Shown here: piece after piece, positions 46,314 through 60,344 of the stretch
How positions within the stretch are numbered: the stretch's first letter is position 1
How the letters are laid out: every line of letters starts with the position of its first letter
Assembly (NCBI GenBank): GCA_008632985.1
Contig: QPGO01000105.1
Location: forward strand, 124,001-188,000
Direction of reading: 5' to 3'
DNA length: 64,000 nucleotides
From: Psammoneis japonica
Lineage: Eukaryota
Made by a program: the position numbers and the translations under genes
Notes under the pieces: model-generated
Seen by the model: only the letters and a program-made list of their open reading frames with translations
Databases searched by the model: none
What the model was told of the DNA's origin: nothing

Positions 46314-49300
46314 TTAACGTTTCACCCAGTTGATACGAGTCGCACGTAACATACCAACAGATGCTGCACAACCAAAGATGAGGACCACAACAAAACAATA
46401 CCACCAACGTTCGGAGAAACTCCAATTTCCAACACCATCCAAAATTTCATCGCCTGATATGAAGTCGCCCGTTACTTCATCTAGAAACTGCTTCCCTCCT
46501 CCCAACTCGTTGGCAGCGAGACCCTGCAAGATGTACCGAAGAGGGTTGATGTAATAAAGCCATATCCACCATCCCGGAATATTGTCCGGAGCAATCAGGA
46601 AACCCATGGTGAGGATAAAGGCGATCAGCATGAGACCTCCAACAACCGCAGCGATTCCAATGTTTGGAGAAATGAATGATGTGAGTTGCCCAAATAAGGG
46701 CAACACCCAGTACGCTGCGAGTGTCATTATTAAATTGTAGAGAACGCGACCGATGTCCGAATCGAGACCGACGATCCAATAAAAGATTACCCAGGACACA
46801 ATTGCCATGAAGAAGTTGAACGGAATCTCAGCGATCTCGACGGCCATTGCGTAAACATACTTGCGGTAGGTACCGGATGAGATCTCCCTGTAGTAGACAG
46901 CTCGTTCCGAAATAAGCGGAACGGCTGCGGACGTGAGTGGAACAGTAGCCAGATTCACGAAATTGAAGATAGCTCCAATAATGTTGAAAGCGCCATCTGC
47001 TGTATTTTCGTAATCCATAAAGACTAGGCTCACGAGAAGAGACGCCGAAAGTGTCCACCAAAAGCGCACAGCCATGTAAGTTGGGGTGCGCCAATGACTT
47101 AGCAATTGTCTCTGCAAAACGCTGCGGAGCTCGGCGTACCGGCTGCGTGTCTCCTCCTCCACACTAATGCCGGCAGCTTTGGCCGAACAGTCATTGACGG
47201 TCGCATTGACACCTGATGCCATGTCAGACTGCTTGTACAGCTTTCCCCAGTCCTCGCTCTCGCCTCCGGGGCCACAGAAAATGTCCAACGCATGATCTGC
47301 AGGGTTGGTGCCTTCCTTGAGAGCGAAATCGTCGTTTCCAGATATGGATGTCATGTAGTTGCTGATCTCAGGGATGGGACCATTGTAGACACACACTCCT
47401 CCCTTGCGGAGCAAGAGAAGATTATCAAACGTTTCAAATACTTCCCTCGAGGGCTGATGAATGGTGCATACAACGGTGACACCTCGAGTCTGCGCCGCTC
47501 GCTGCAGTGACGAAACGACGAGCGACGCAGAGAGCGACGCCAAACCGGACGTCGGTTCGTCGGCAAACAGAATACTCGGATTGGCCACCAATTCGACACC
47601 AAGCGTGAGGCGCTTCCTAGCATGCTTTGGTAGTCCTTCTCCTGCAGCTTCGTCTCCCACAAGGATATCAGCGTACTCTTCCAGCTCGAGAAGTTTCATA
47701 TTGTCCTCACAGAACGCTGTCCTCGCCTCCTCGGTGAGCGAAAAGGGGCGAAGACGCATGCGTGCCGCGAACAAGAGGGATTCCCGGACTGTCATTGCAG
47801 GATTGTGCAAATCGGTCTGCTCGCAGTATCCTGCAATGACTTTCCACGTATCCTCAGTCTTGGGCACTCCGTTGATGGCAATGTCTCCCGTAATGTGTCC
47901 GCCAGTTTTGTACCCTGCAAGAACGTCGAGGCTGCGGAGTAGCACAGCAGGAAGAAGCTTTCGGTGTTAGACGCATGAAGAACAAACGAATGGTGTAGTT
48001 TGGGAAGGAAAAAAATACATTGTTTCACTCACAGTGTCGTCTTGCCCGCACCACTGCTACCCATGAGCGCCGTCATGGTGCCAGGTGAAAACGTTGCCGT
48101 GATACCGCTGAGAAGACGAAGTCTCCCAGGTTCCGGCGGTTCCAGATCTTCAGCAACACCGGCTTCAGCAGCATCCATGGCATCCTCTACACGAATCGAC
48201 TTTGCAGAGTCCGCCAATACGGTTCGGGATGACAGCGCCTCAACTCCAACGGTACGTCGCAATACCCACTCTTGCGCGGCTCCCTTGCGGGCCTGACCAT
48301 ACTCGCGTGCCGTAATGGGTACTCGTTCGTCCGACTCGAACGAAGAGTCCCTGCGTTCCGTGACGCTTCTTTCTTCTCCCTCAACGTCATCCGCTTCTTC
48401 CTTCTTGTCGTCGCCTTCCTTTTTGTCTTCAGGAGTTATGTCGACGTCCACCTCGTAGACCATGTTACGAGCCGTCAAGTGTGCCGCGGGAGCTGGCGGT
48501 ACGGACGAGTTGTCCTTGGTGGTAGTTGACTCGGCCCAATCTTCATTATCCACTTTTTTCTTGTTGTCCATGAATTTCAGAAACTTCAATTTCTTGTTGC
48601 TATTGTCCGCCGTCAAACTCATGCCCGACGTGACTTGGTACCGCTTGGTGGTGGGTCCAAACCAATTTTGACTCTTGTGCAACAAGATGCATCCCAGAAA
48701 TTCGTACAAAATGGTAAAGGATACAATCATGTAAATGTCAAAAAACATGACACTAATGGGCGTTTGCATACCCGGCTTGGCATCGTCGTAGGGGATGCGG
48801 GGAATGCTAAAGACCGTTTCTCCAAATTCCGACCCAGGAATCCCATCAACAGTACGCTCGTGTAGTTCATTAATGAGAATGCCCTCAAACGCATACGCAC
48901 AGGGAGACAACCACGAGAGCCATCGTAACCATGCGGGCAACTCGGGATATTGCGGAGCAAAGCCCGCCGTGAGGTTGAACACCATGAGAAAGGCCGGTCC
49001 GAGTGCCGCCGCGACATCGTTCGATGGCAATCCATACGACAATACTCGCGAAATGGACGATCCACAAGACGTCAAGCACAGCGCCATGAGCCAAAAGTAC
49101 AAAAATCCCGGTCCCCCGTAGGTTTCCATTCCCACCAAGAAAAAGGTTGTCAGACACATGACGGTTGTTTCGCAAAAGATGACGGGCCAATTGCAAAGCA
49201 CATTGGTGATGTAGTACACCTTGGTGCTGTAAAAGTTGGACCGACGATGAGTATAAAAGGTACCGCGGTCGGAAAAATTGGCATCTTGCGGAGCATTGGC

Positions 49301-50782
49301 GGACGTGGAGAAGAGGAGTGCCAACATGGTGTAGGCGTATCCACTTCGAGTCTGGGTTCCCGCAGCGTCATCCGGCGTGTTGAGAAAGAGCGTTCCAACA
49401 AAGAATCCAAAGATAATGGAAAAGAAAATTCGAAAAATGGTTCCCGGATTTCGTAGCACCAACTTTTTGCTCCGCCCACACAAGAGTTTGAATTGTTGCC
49501 AAAAGGTACGGGCATACAAGGGAACGGCGGTGGGTGCCTTTTCTGCCTTGGTGGATTCGGCCACGTCGAGTTCTTGGCGGAGCGCCTCACCGGCCGCCGA
49601 GTCATCAAACTTGCTTGCCAAGGCAGACGAATCCAGTTTCTCATTATTGCTGTCTTCTCCGGAAGCATAATAATCTTGTGGACGACAAGCACAACGAAGC
49701 AAGAATTCGGGTTCGTCCATTTCGGGTGGTTTCTCGAGTCCCAAGTCGACAAGATGCTGCAAAGCATTCTCGCGTGGTCCCGAATACACCATTTCACCGT
49801 ACTGATTCAACACGAGAATGCGTTGGAATTGCTTGTACATGTCAATGGAGGGTTGCAACAAACTGATGATACCGGTAATTCCTGTTTTAGAAATGGCCAC
49901 AACAAAATTCTTGCAACTCGCCAGAGCCGATGCGGAATCGAGTCCATTGGTAATCTCATCCATCAACAACACCCGGAGATCTTGTCCCACGGCTTGTTCC
50001 ATGACTTTCACGCGACGCTTTTGTCCTCCCGAAACACCACGAATTTCGGCATTTCCCACCACGGTACCGGCCACATGATCGAGACCGGCCAATTTGAGAT
50101 AGGATTGCAATTCTTCTTCCGTGGCTTCTCCGGCACAGGCTTGTGCAAACTCAATCGTTTCCTGTACCGTCAGTACGGGCGTCAAGGTCAAATCACCCTG
50201 ATCACAAAAGGCGGCACAACGACGAAAGCAACCCTCGTATTCCTTGGCGGATGGATCACAACCACCAATCAAGAGAGATCCCTGACTGTTTTGAAACGCA
50301 GCACCGGTTTCGCCCTGACTCTTGCTGGCAATGGCTCGTAGTAGGGTGGATTTGCCACTGGAACTCGGAGCGATAATTAACGTGGTTTCACCCGGATTGA
50401 GGACTATAGAAATGTTGGTAATGACATTGGGATTGCTCTTGGTATGAACACTCTCATCTTGTTCATCTAATTCTTGAGGACGCGGAGACGCACATCCCAA
50501 TTTTCCAGCAAGCCACGAACCCATAATGGCCGTGACGAAATTCGGTGCACCAGGAAGTGCATCATCCTTTTCACAAGACGTTGTGGCATCCTTGGGTATC
50601 GATAATTGGCGAATCGCAATGGGAGCCGTCTTATCCCACGTATCACCAACCTGTTCAAACACTTGACTGCGAAAGGCGTCTTCGGTGATTTCCAATTCTT
50701 CTTCTTCTGCTTCTGGAGTTGCTTCTGGGGTTTCTTCTGGAGGAGACGAGTGATGATCGTCGTCCTTATCCGACGACGACAT
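46314..50782 (-). CDS. Full-size ABCG (PDR-type) transporter, NBD-TMD-NBD-TMD
   Basis: Exons 50782-48033 and 47931-46314, intron 48032-47932 (GTGAGT...GCAG). NBD1 has APSSSGKST, VSGGQKRRV and MDEITNGLDS; NBD2 has GSSGAGKTTL, GYCEQ, DEPTSGL and CTIHQPS; two multi-TM blocks. Confidence 0.95.
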
Positions 50783-51169
50783 GATCACCTGCAGAGTAAG
50801 AACCTTATCACAGGATACAAACAACAACAACAACTACTACAGCAAGTTTTAATAGACTGTAGATCGTATCTTTAAAGGATTGGTGGTTGTCTGAAGCAAT
50901 GCAAAAATGACACATGACGAAACGAGAAAGAACGCGTTCCTGCTTCGGCCAAAAAGTGCGCTTGCTGGACAAAACTTCAAGAAGAACCTGGATTTTGTTT
51001 GATATGTTTTTCAACAGTCATTGATGATTTTGATTAGAAAATATAAAATATTCAACTATGGTCGTTGTTCAATTATCAAAAGCAAGACGACTCATGCCGT
51101 TCGGCATCAACGCGCATCGCCAAAAAACAAAAGGGCCAGAACGACGGACGTGCCGGAACCGGGAATAAA

Positions 51170-54100
51170 CGTTGCTGGCATGACAATTGCTCACAATTTT
51201 TGCAGTGCAGGACCTGCTGCACACTTGTCTGTGGGCTTTGTTGTCACATTGCACCCTCAAATCTGAGTGACATCATTCTTTCGTCATTCACAAAAATGTG
51301 ACCCAAAGTGCAAATGGCACATCAGCACAAAAAACAAACCACCACTGGCACGCCACAATGACACACACACTCTGCTCTTCTTTTTTGTGTCTGGTGCCTG
51401 TCAGAGTGCACCACCTGGTGTGTGCTTTGCAGCCAGATTGCACTTGGATGGCAGCTCAGCCCTCTGCCTCTTCTTGCTCTTTCTTGCTGGTGCATGTGTT
51501 GCGACCATTGTTTGGGTGTGTGGAAAGGAGGTTTCTTGTGGCATTCTTTGTTCACTTGGCTGTTGTCACCACCAACAAATTGTGGCCTTGCACTGTGCCC
51601 CACATTCTTCTGCACTGCAAGTGATCCCATGATTTCAGTTGTTTGGTTTGTGATCTGATCAAGCCTGCCACCTCAAGTTTCTGCTCTCCTGCAAGTGTTT
51701 TTTCTTGCTTCAAACCATGACATGCTTTGGGGCTGAAGGACGGTGTTGGGGAACAACTTTTTGTGCACCTCTGCCACAGCCACTCCATCAGAAAGGAAAA
51801 TGGCATCAACTGCTGATGGCCTTGTTGAGATCAAAGCTTCTTTCCAGATGTGTGCTCCCATCAACCAGAAGCCATGAAGCACCTGGCCAACCTTTGTAGC
51901 ACCTCAATTCTCACACTGAGTCAGTTCTTTGTCACAAAAAAAACACTCAAGCAAGGGATGGTGTTCAAAAGCTGTTGCACAGAACTTGCATCCTTCAAAA
52001 GCACATCCTGTCCAACACAATGGACCCCTCTGATGTCTCCTCCATTGCACTGCTTTTTAAAAAAGCCCCCCTCAATGGGGGGATCCAATGAGTGATGACA
52101 AGATGCCTTGCTTTTGTTTTGACAGACGTTGGGCCTCACAAGGAATGCCCAACTTGCTCTCAAGGCTTGCCAAATGAAAGCAACCATTGAGACACTGGTG
52201 GACTGCACTTCACAGCACTTTTTGACCCCCCTGACATGCACACTGCAGCCATCGCCCCCTGACATGCAATGCAGCCATCAAGGCTGGAATGAGTTCTCTG
52301 GGTCACAAAGCTTTGTTTCACAAGCTGAGAGTGTGTGCCATGATGATTTGCCACATGGCATTTGCCAGTGGTGTTTCTCAACAACTTCCAACAGCATGCA
52401 CAATGCACAGCCAACTGGGCAGCTCTTTGTGCTGTGCGCCCCCCACTGCGGCACTTCCTTTGCAACCACGGTGGTGACTGGGGGGTTTGCCATCAGATGT
52501 GACCCACCAGATGACCTGCTGCAATGAACACACCACTTCCATTGCCTTGAGTTGCCATGTGCAATTCACAAGCTCCTGTCATGCTCCAACATGTTCCCCC
52601 AAAACAGTGCCAAGTTGACAGAGATGAGCATTGTGAAGGGTCCTGCTGTGCAATCTGGGGAAGAGAAAAAGAGGCACAAAAAAATGCTGTGTGTGGAAAA
52701 GCTGGACAAAAGGCCCTGCAAGCAGAAAAAGTGAACACTCCAAAACCCCCCACTGTGTCAATTGAGGTCTTGTTTGCCTGTCTCACTGTGCTCTTGTCTT
52801 CTGACAATCCAAGCGGTGTCACTGGTTTGTGGGCATGTTTTGAGGAGTGCCTCACATGCACATTCCAAGAAGAAGCAATGAGAGAGTCATTTTCTTAAAA
52901 CAAAAAACAAACACTCATCACAACAATGAAAACAACTGCTGCACATGGCAAGAGCACATCTGCTTTTTCTGCCTCTCATGACAACAAATGACAACGCCCC
53001 TGGAGCTGGCACACTTTGCTCACTTTGCATGTGTTGTTTCTCTTTTTCATGGCACAGTGGCTGCAGCAGACTTTCAAGTGAGAAGTTTCTGCATCCTCTT
53101 CTCATTGCAGGCTGTTTTGCTTCCCCTGCTCTGAAAGTGCTCAGTGTGCAAACAACATCTTTCAATCTGCCACATCTGAGCCAGCCCACCACGGTTCACC
53201 ATGCATCACACAGACCTGTTTTTGGCATTTTTGTGCATCAAGTTTCTGTCATGCACCAAAGACATGCAAACTCTTTTGAATGCTGCAGGTCTGATTTGGT
53301 GAGAAATGCACTGCAATTCTCACCTTCCGTCCATGTGTCCACTTTGCATTTTGTCAATTGTTGCCACTTCCACACTTGCAGAAAATTGAGGAAGTTGTCA
53401 AAAGCAACCACACACCACACAATGGAAACTTGCTCAAAAAACATGTGTCATCCAATGCATTTTGCACTTGCAGCAGCATGTAAAATTCCTTTCACATGTG
53501 TCTTCCAGGGTGAGCATTTTCATTGCTGGTTCTTGGAAAGCACTCTCTTTCTTGTGTGAGGCAAAAACATGCCACCATCATCAGATTTGTCACGCTGCAC
53601 ATTCCTGACGGAAAATGTTTTCACAGCTGGAAGTTTTTGTGAATTTGTTTGCTCTTAAGAACAGACAAAGCTTTGCTCTCAAGATCAATGACCACTCGTG
53701 TTGCAACACAACTCAAGCAGTGAAAATGGGAAACAAAGAGCAGCAGCTTGTTTGGGTGCACTGTGCAACAGGTCTTGTCAGTGTTCCAAAACATGCACGC
53801 GCAAACAAAAAAGACATTGTTTTGGTTTTACAGGTTGACTGCAAAATTGGTTGTTGCACACAATCTGTTGCTGTGGGGAATGGTGAAACATCTGTTGTTT
53901 TTTGCTGGTGAACAAGTGCCTGCAAATGGGTGAGTTTTGATGTGAGACACACCAATTTTTTCATTTTGGAGCCTGATCACCTTGCACTGACAATGTGGAA
54001 AACCCCATTGCTTGTTTGTCCAAAAAGGTTTCTCACATTGGACAAAAACATGCCAGGCCCAGGTTCTCTCAGAAGACTCAGTCAAAATGCACATGAGACA

Positions 54101-54960
54101 TGCCCACCACTCCATTGGCTGAACTTGATTGAACCTCAGTGCAGCTTGTTTTTCTTTGGAGGTTTCTTCTCTCTCCCTCTGCCATGGTGCAAACATCATG
54201 ATGGTTTGAAGCAGGGCCAATGATGACAACTGATGGGAGCTGCCAACACAAGAGCCACACAAAAAGAAAACACCTCTTTTTGCCTTGTTGATGCCTTCTG
54301 CACTGACCATGCATTGACAGCAACAACAGCTTCAATGATTTGTTGTGGCAGAAGGTGCACACACCTTGTGAAACTTCATGGCATGGGCCCAGCCTCAAAA
54401 CCAACCTTCCTTATTGCACACTGTGCTGACAAGCAGATCTCATGACAACAAGTCATTTTGCTCAGTGACATCAAACACAAGAAATGCAAGCTGTGCCTTG
54501 ACCCTTTTGCAAGCAAGCCTCAGAGTTGTTCTGCTAAACAACCATGTTGTGATTGTTGAAAGGCGATTGCCACTCTTTCTTCTAAAAACTGGCGGTGCAA
54601 GCTGGGCTTCAACAACAGCTGTGTGTTGCACTTTGCTGCTGTGGCAACTCACAAGAACAGCCAATGCAGTCACATGGTGAGAGCTGTGGCCCAAAACAAA
54701 AAACAACTGAGCTCACCATTGTTCCCTGAGCCAGCAGGCCACAGTGCTGGCAACACCAGCAGCCAAGTTTGTTGTTTGGAGCTGTCATTGCTGTCATGTT
54801 CCATGCTTTGTCATGTGTGTTGATTGCCATCCAACAATGATGAAGTCACCACCGCATCTGACAATCACTGACAACAACATCTCTTGTTGGGCTGGAAGCC
54901 AAGGATTGGTTCCACCACCTCATGGGAAAGGTTTTCAAGGGTCTCAGTCCCAAGGATTGC
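51170..54960. mobile_element. Decayed repeat block, unclassified
   Basis: Very strong loss of TpA and CpG; Tyr-free ORF fragments. Confidence 0.5.
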
Positions 54961-55140
54961 AAGGCAAGATGGATTGACCTGGATGATGAATCTTGTCTGT
55001 ACGATGGCCAGCCTTTTCCTAAACTTGCAGATCAAGATCCCATTTCCAACACTGCAGGTACAGCAGCACCATCCGGCAACCCCTGCTAGACGGCGGTGCA
55101 CAGTTTCAGGTGTGTAGGTCGGTAACAAATCTTCATACTG

Positions 55141-55262
55141 TAGTAAACAATTCAATGGCAGTGGTTGCTCCATCGACATACGGCTCTGTTTTAGGTGCAG
55201 ACCTCGGTAAGAAATGTAAATAGTAAACAGTTCAATGGCAATGGTTGCTCCATTGATATACG
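55141..55262. repeat. 42-bp imperfect direct repeat with an 80-bp period
   Basis: TAGTAAACAATTCAATGGCAGTGGTTGCTCCATCGACATACG (55141-55182) and TAGTAAACAGTTCAATGGCAATGGTTGCTCCATTGATATACG (55221-55262). Confidence 0.85.
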
Positions 55263-55375
55263 CATTTCCCTGTTGGTGGACGGGAATAGCGAAACTCAAG
55301 TTGAAATTCAAAAGAAAAGAGAAGAAGTCGCAAAGCGACGACTATCATTTTATTCAAACGTGCTTACTCGTCCAT

Positions 55376-57531
55376 TCACCACGCGAAGGACTCCACGTTC
55401 AGGTTAACATTGTACTCCATCGAGATGCTCTTCAGCTCTCGCTTGACCGGTTTGCTCCCACCACAGTATAAGATACCCCATGTCGACAAGACAACGTCCC
55501 GGTCCAGAGCCCGTACATATGGATGAGCCGCTTCATGCTCTTGACAGGGATCAAACGAGCATGTCAAAACGGCGTTGGACGCATCCGGTATGTCGTCTGA
55601 GAGATGTTTTTTCAGTCGACGGACTCGTCTCTTTGCGTGTTTGGATGCCGATCGGCTCAAGAGATCCGAACGATTAGGCTTGCCGTGCATCTCTTCCATT
55701 TTGCGTTGACTTGTCATTTGGCCAAAGTCACGGATTCCTTGCAGCATGGCGCTTTCCCGTCGTGTTGATAGTGGGCTCTCCTGTTTGCCCCCGTTTGATG
55801 CTTTAGACCGAGTTGTCTCATTGGATCCGTGGTCATCACCAAGCTCACAGTCTTGAAGAAAACGGACGCTCTTCGATCTGTGTGTTTCTTGTTCCATATC
55901 GTCAACGAGCTCGGTAAAGAGGAATCCTTGGTTTTGAGCAAAGGTTTTGAGTTCCAGCAACTTTTCTCTGTTTGTCATATCCAATTCATCAAGCTCTTCC
56001 ATTTTTTGAATGAGCAGTCTCTTGACGTTTGCAATTTCACAAGAAGTGTAAATCTCGGGTCTACCAACTCCGCTCTCAATGCCATAGATAATGTTTGGTA
56101 GCACCCGTTGGAAATCCGGTCGACCCTTAACAACACGAACGTTTGTGTTTAAATCTTGTAGCGCCGGCGGCAGAGGCTTCTTCCCTGTATAAAAAATTAA
56201 GTTCCATCCATCATGGTCAAGATAGAGGTGTTCAAGAAAGAACTCAAGCATGGCGGAATCACGGACAACCCATACAAGGTTGATGCGCCTCGAGTCTTTC
56301 TGAGAGCGAATTACTGACAGCGCGGGTGTAATGCCAATGCCCGAGGCGACAAGAATTTGGTTATCGTAGGCTTCGGCGTTGCTATACGGACTTTCAAACG
56401 GCCCTTGAATCCAGACTGGACGGTGAGTGTCTCTCTGCAGCGCGGCGTGAACAGATTGAGTCCAGTCGCCTACATTAAGCATGAAGACCTGTCTCTGGGT
56501 CGGTGCTTGTGGGTTCTCAAAGAGTGAAAATGGATGCCACTGGTTTCGGTCTACCCATGGCAAGCAAACATAAGCGAAACCTCCTGATTCACCTTGCTTC
56601 TGGAACCTTTCGGAGACCTTCAGAGTCATTTGAACTCCAGTTGGTAGCACATGGAAGGTGGTCGTCTCAATCTTTTCACTCATGAAAAGGCAAACGTACG
56701 CTGCGTCCAACGCATAAAGGCCAATGGAGAAGCCCATTGCAATTGAAATTAAGCCTCCATGCGGGAGCGCTGACGTGGGAACATAAAGCAAAGAATGATT
56801 GCAAACACGTAGAATAGATAGTGGAGGCACTTTCGAATCTCGTAGGATATCGATGTCTTGGCGTACATCATGGGAAAGCAAATCAAAGGAGTGGCAACCA
56901 CCACAATGAGGCCAGTCAGTCCCGCTCGACTTGTCCATAGGAGGGAGATATTTTCTTGATCGATCCAACGTAGTAGATGGAAGATCGTATGTATCCATAC
57001 GACAAAAGCAATGTACTTTCCGGCGTAGCGATGTAGATCGTGGCTGTCGTGGATTGTATACATGGACAGGGGAGTCTTGTTGAAAAAGCTCATGGTCGCC
57101 TTACATTTTGTCAAAAATACAAGAATCATGACTGGGTACAGAGAAAAGGCCGATGCACGGGAAATGGCTAGCGATACTAATTGGAATGTACCTTCTGCCA
57201 CGATCGGGCGCTCGTCTCCGTTGATCATGACAATGCCATTCTCGGTGTTTTCGTGGCTATTGACGTCAATGATATTTCCCGTGGATGAGTCCACGACACC
57301 AATCTTTGGATGAAATGCCATAATCATGCTATAAATAACGCAGATGAGCTGGGTCAGTTTGACTGGCCAGAAAATGGCAAGCTTCTTGAGTCGAATACGG
57401 GCCTTGACGCTGAGGGTTTCTCGCTTTCGATTGACGACCCGTTCTCTCGGAATGCCATCCAAAATGGCAGTTCCAGTCTCCGGATCGATATTGACTTTCA
57501 TGTTACTTCGTATACCAGGAAGTAGCGACAT
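55376..57531 (-). CDS. Ferric reductase / NADPH oxidase family flavocytochrome, copy A; 1-nt frameshift near 56785
   Basis: Heme-His helices HDLHRYAG..HTIFH and HYLFYVF..CF(H); QWHPFS (FAD); LVASGIGITP (NADPH); LYCGG; ESFAW. Restoring one C gives CFHVP as in copy B. The start is uncertain. Confidence 0.85.
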
Positions 57532-58008
57532 GGTATCCCACAGACCCTTACGCTTGAAGGTTTAAATGCTTTTATGAGGGCCAAATGAAAGGAAGGCAAA
57601 GCAATACTGTAGTCTGCCATCAGTAAGGAGAATTGAGAAGCGAATCACGATTCAGTGAGTCGCGGCAAGACAAGGTCGCGGATCAACGGAAGGTAATGTT
57701 ACATAGATATTTAAAAAAAGGATGACCGTGATGACATTTTTATTTAAGAGGGGCTGATGTTCCCATTGATTTTACAGTTTATACTGTACCCGTCTTCGAC
57801 AAAAAAGCGCGGCATGAAACGCAATGCCTCACATTTTTGCTCTGACTTGACCCAAGATCGCGGCTACGAGTAGCAGCACTGTTCGCGTCCCTTACGAGCC
57901 CCCCTTCTACAATACAGGAGTGATGGACGACCATCGACCATCGTCTCCTTCTTTGGTCCCGAGATCGCGGATGGTATAGCTGTTGAACTACTTTTACGAC
58001 ACTACCTT

Positions 58009-60344
58009 TTACCATGCAAACGACTCCACATTCAGCGTGATCTTGTAGTCCACCGAAATGCTCTTCAAATCTTTCTCAACCGGCTTTGATCCACCACAGT
58101 AAAGGATACCCCAAGTCGAAAGTACGGAGTCCTTATCCAAAGCCTTGACGTAAGCTTTCTCGCGTTCACCAATGTCATTCAGATCGAAGTCGGTTTGAGG
58201 AACCCGGACACGGGGCTGTGTCAAGAGTTCGTGCTTTCCTTTACGAGCCACTCCATGAAGACTGTTTCCACTGCCCCGACAATGGCTTTGTAAATCGGGG
58301 ATGGTGGCACCGAAATCCCGAATCCGTTGAAGAATGGAATGGGAGTTTTGGCTCAGTTGACCGGAAATGTCCGTGTTGTCGTCATCGGCCATAGCTCCAA
58401 GGTCATAGTCCGAAGAACCGTCTTGACACAATATTTCATTTCCGAGCGATGGAAATAACTCTTGCTCCATTTCGTTGACGAGCTCACTGAAAAGATAGCC
58501 ATGCTGACAAGCAAAAGCGGTGAGCTCGAGGATCTTCTCACGACTCGTCAGATCCATTTCATCTAGCTCCCTCATTCTCTTGATCACAAGCTCTTTGATG
58601 CCTGCCATTTCATTTGGTGTAAACGTCTCGGGCTTTCCCACACCACTCTCAATGCCGTATATGATGTTTGGTACGACAGTTTTTAAGTCTGGACGACCAT
58701 TGTAGACGCGAACGTTGGTGTTCAATTCTTCGAGAGCAGGGTTGAGCGCCTTCTTTCCAGTGTAGTAAATTAAGTTCCACCCATCATGCTCCAGGTACAT
58801 GTGTTCGAGAAAGAATTCAAGCATTGCCGGATCACGAACCGCCCAAATCAAATTGACTCGCTCGAATCCTTGTGAGAATGAATAACAGATAATGCCGGAG
58901 TGATTCCAATGCCCGAGGCGACAAGAATCTCATTGTCGTATGCCTCTGCATTGCTGTATGGACTTGCAAAAGGTCCCTGCACCCAGACGGGACGGCAAGA
59001 ATCTCGTTGAAGAGCCGAGTGTACCGCCTTTGTCCAATCTCCTGCATTCAGCATAAAAACTTGTCGCTGGCTTGGATCGATTGGACTCTCAAACAGCGAG
59101 AAGGCGTGCCACTGGTTCCTATCTACCCAAGGGAGACATACGTAGGCAAATCCACCCTTTTCACCTCTGTCTTGGAAACGCTGAGAAACATTCATTGTCA
59201 TCTGAACTCCCGTTGGAAGGACATGGAAGGTGGTCGTATCAATCTTCTCGCTCATAAATAGGAAAACGTAGAGGGTATCCAAGGTGTATAGACAAATGCA
59301 GAAACCCATGACATACGCAATGAAACCTCCATTGGGGATAGCAGAAGGGGGTACGTGGAAGCAGAGGACAACCGCAAAAACGTAGAAGAGGTAGTGCAAA
59401 CCCTTTCGTATCTCATAGCTGATGACTTGTTTCCAATACATCATGGAAAAGCAGATTAAGGGGATTACAGCAACCACAATCAAACCTGAAAGTCCGGCTC
59501 TACTCTCCCACAGCAATGAAATATTCTTTTGATTAACCCAGCGTAGAATGTGAAAGACTGTATGGATCAAAACATCATACGCGATGTACTTTCCTGCATA
59601 TCGATGTAGTTCGTGACTATCTTGAATCGTGTACATGCTGATGGGCGTCCTATTGAAAAAGCTCATGGTCGCCTTACACTTTGTCAAGAAGACAAGAATC
59701 ATGACGGGATAGAGCGAGAAGGCCGAAGCACGTGATATCATCAAACAAACCAACTGGTACGTGCTTCGAGCAACAATAGGACGATAATCCCCATTGATGT
59801 ATACGACACCATTTTCCGTGTTTTGCCAATGATGGATGTCAATGATTCCCTCTCTGGAGAGCAGAGTGGACGACATAATGAAGACATAGATAACACATAA
59901 AAGCTGAGCAACCTTGACGGGCCAGAAAATAAGCCACTTCTTGAGACGGATGCGAATCTTAGTGCCCAACGTTGTCTCTCCTCTGCTGGGTAGTTTTGGC
60001 GGAACCACTCTCCTAGCTTTCATTGCAGAGATGATCGCAGACGGTCTTTTTAAACCCGTCTTCTTTTCTGGCGTAGCTTGGGGTGTCTTTATCGGCAACA
60101 TGCTTTCGTTTTCGTCGTCTTGGCCAGAAGGAGTTTGCAGCTGCTTGTACAGACCCATTTTCTCCTTTTCGTTGGCATCTTCAATCAAAATATCGTGCAT
60201 GATCTCATGATATAGATCGTTTGAAGATAAAGCCGACTGTTGAGGCAGTGCAGGAAAGAAAAATCGTTAAGTGCGAGAAGGATTCTAGGCAGATGCACGT
60301 GTGGGTTGGGTTCAATGTCTTGCTACCGTGCTTCTTCTCACCAT
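58009..60344 (-). CDS. Ferric reductase / NADPH oxidase family flavocytochrome, copy B; 1-nt frameshift near 58861
   Basis: Same motifs as copy A. Restoring one G gives KDSRRVNLIW (copy A: KDSRRINLVW). The tentative start is ATG 60344-60342 followed by intron 60341-60237; the alternative start is 60200. Confidence 0.85.

Noticed and set aside
2749..58862. Programmed ribosomal frameshifting in the split genes
   Set aside because: There is no shared slippery motif, the shift directions are mixed, and paralogues are intact at the same sites.
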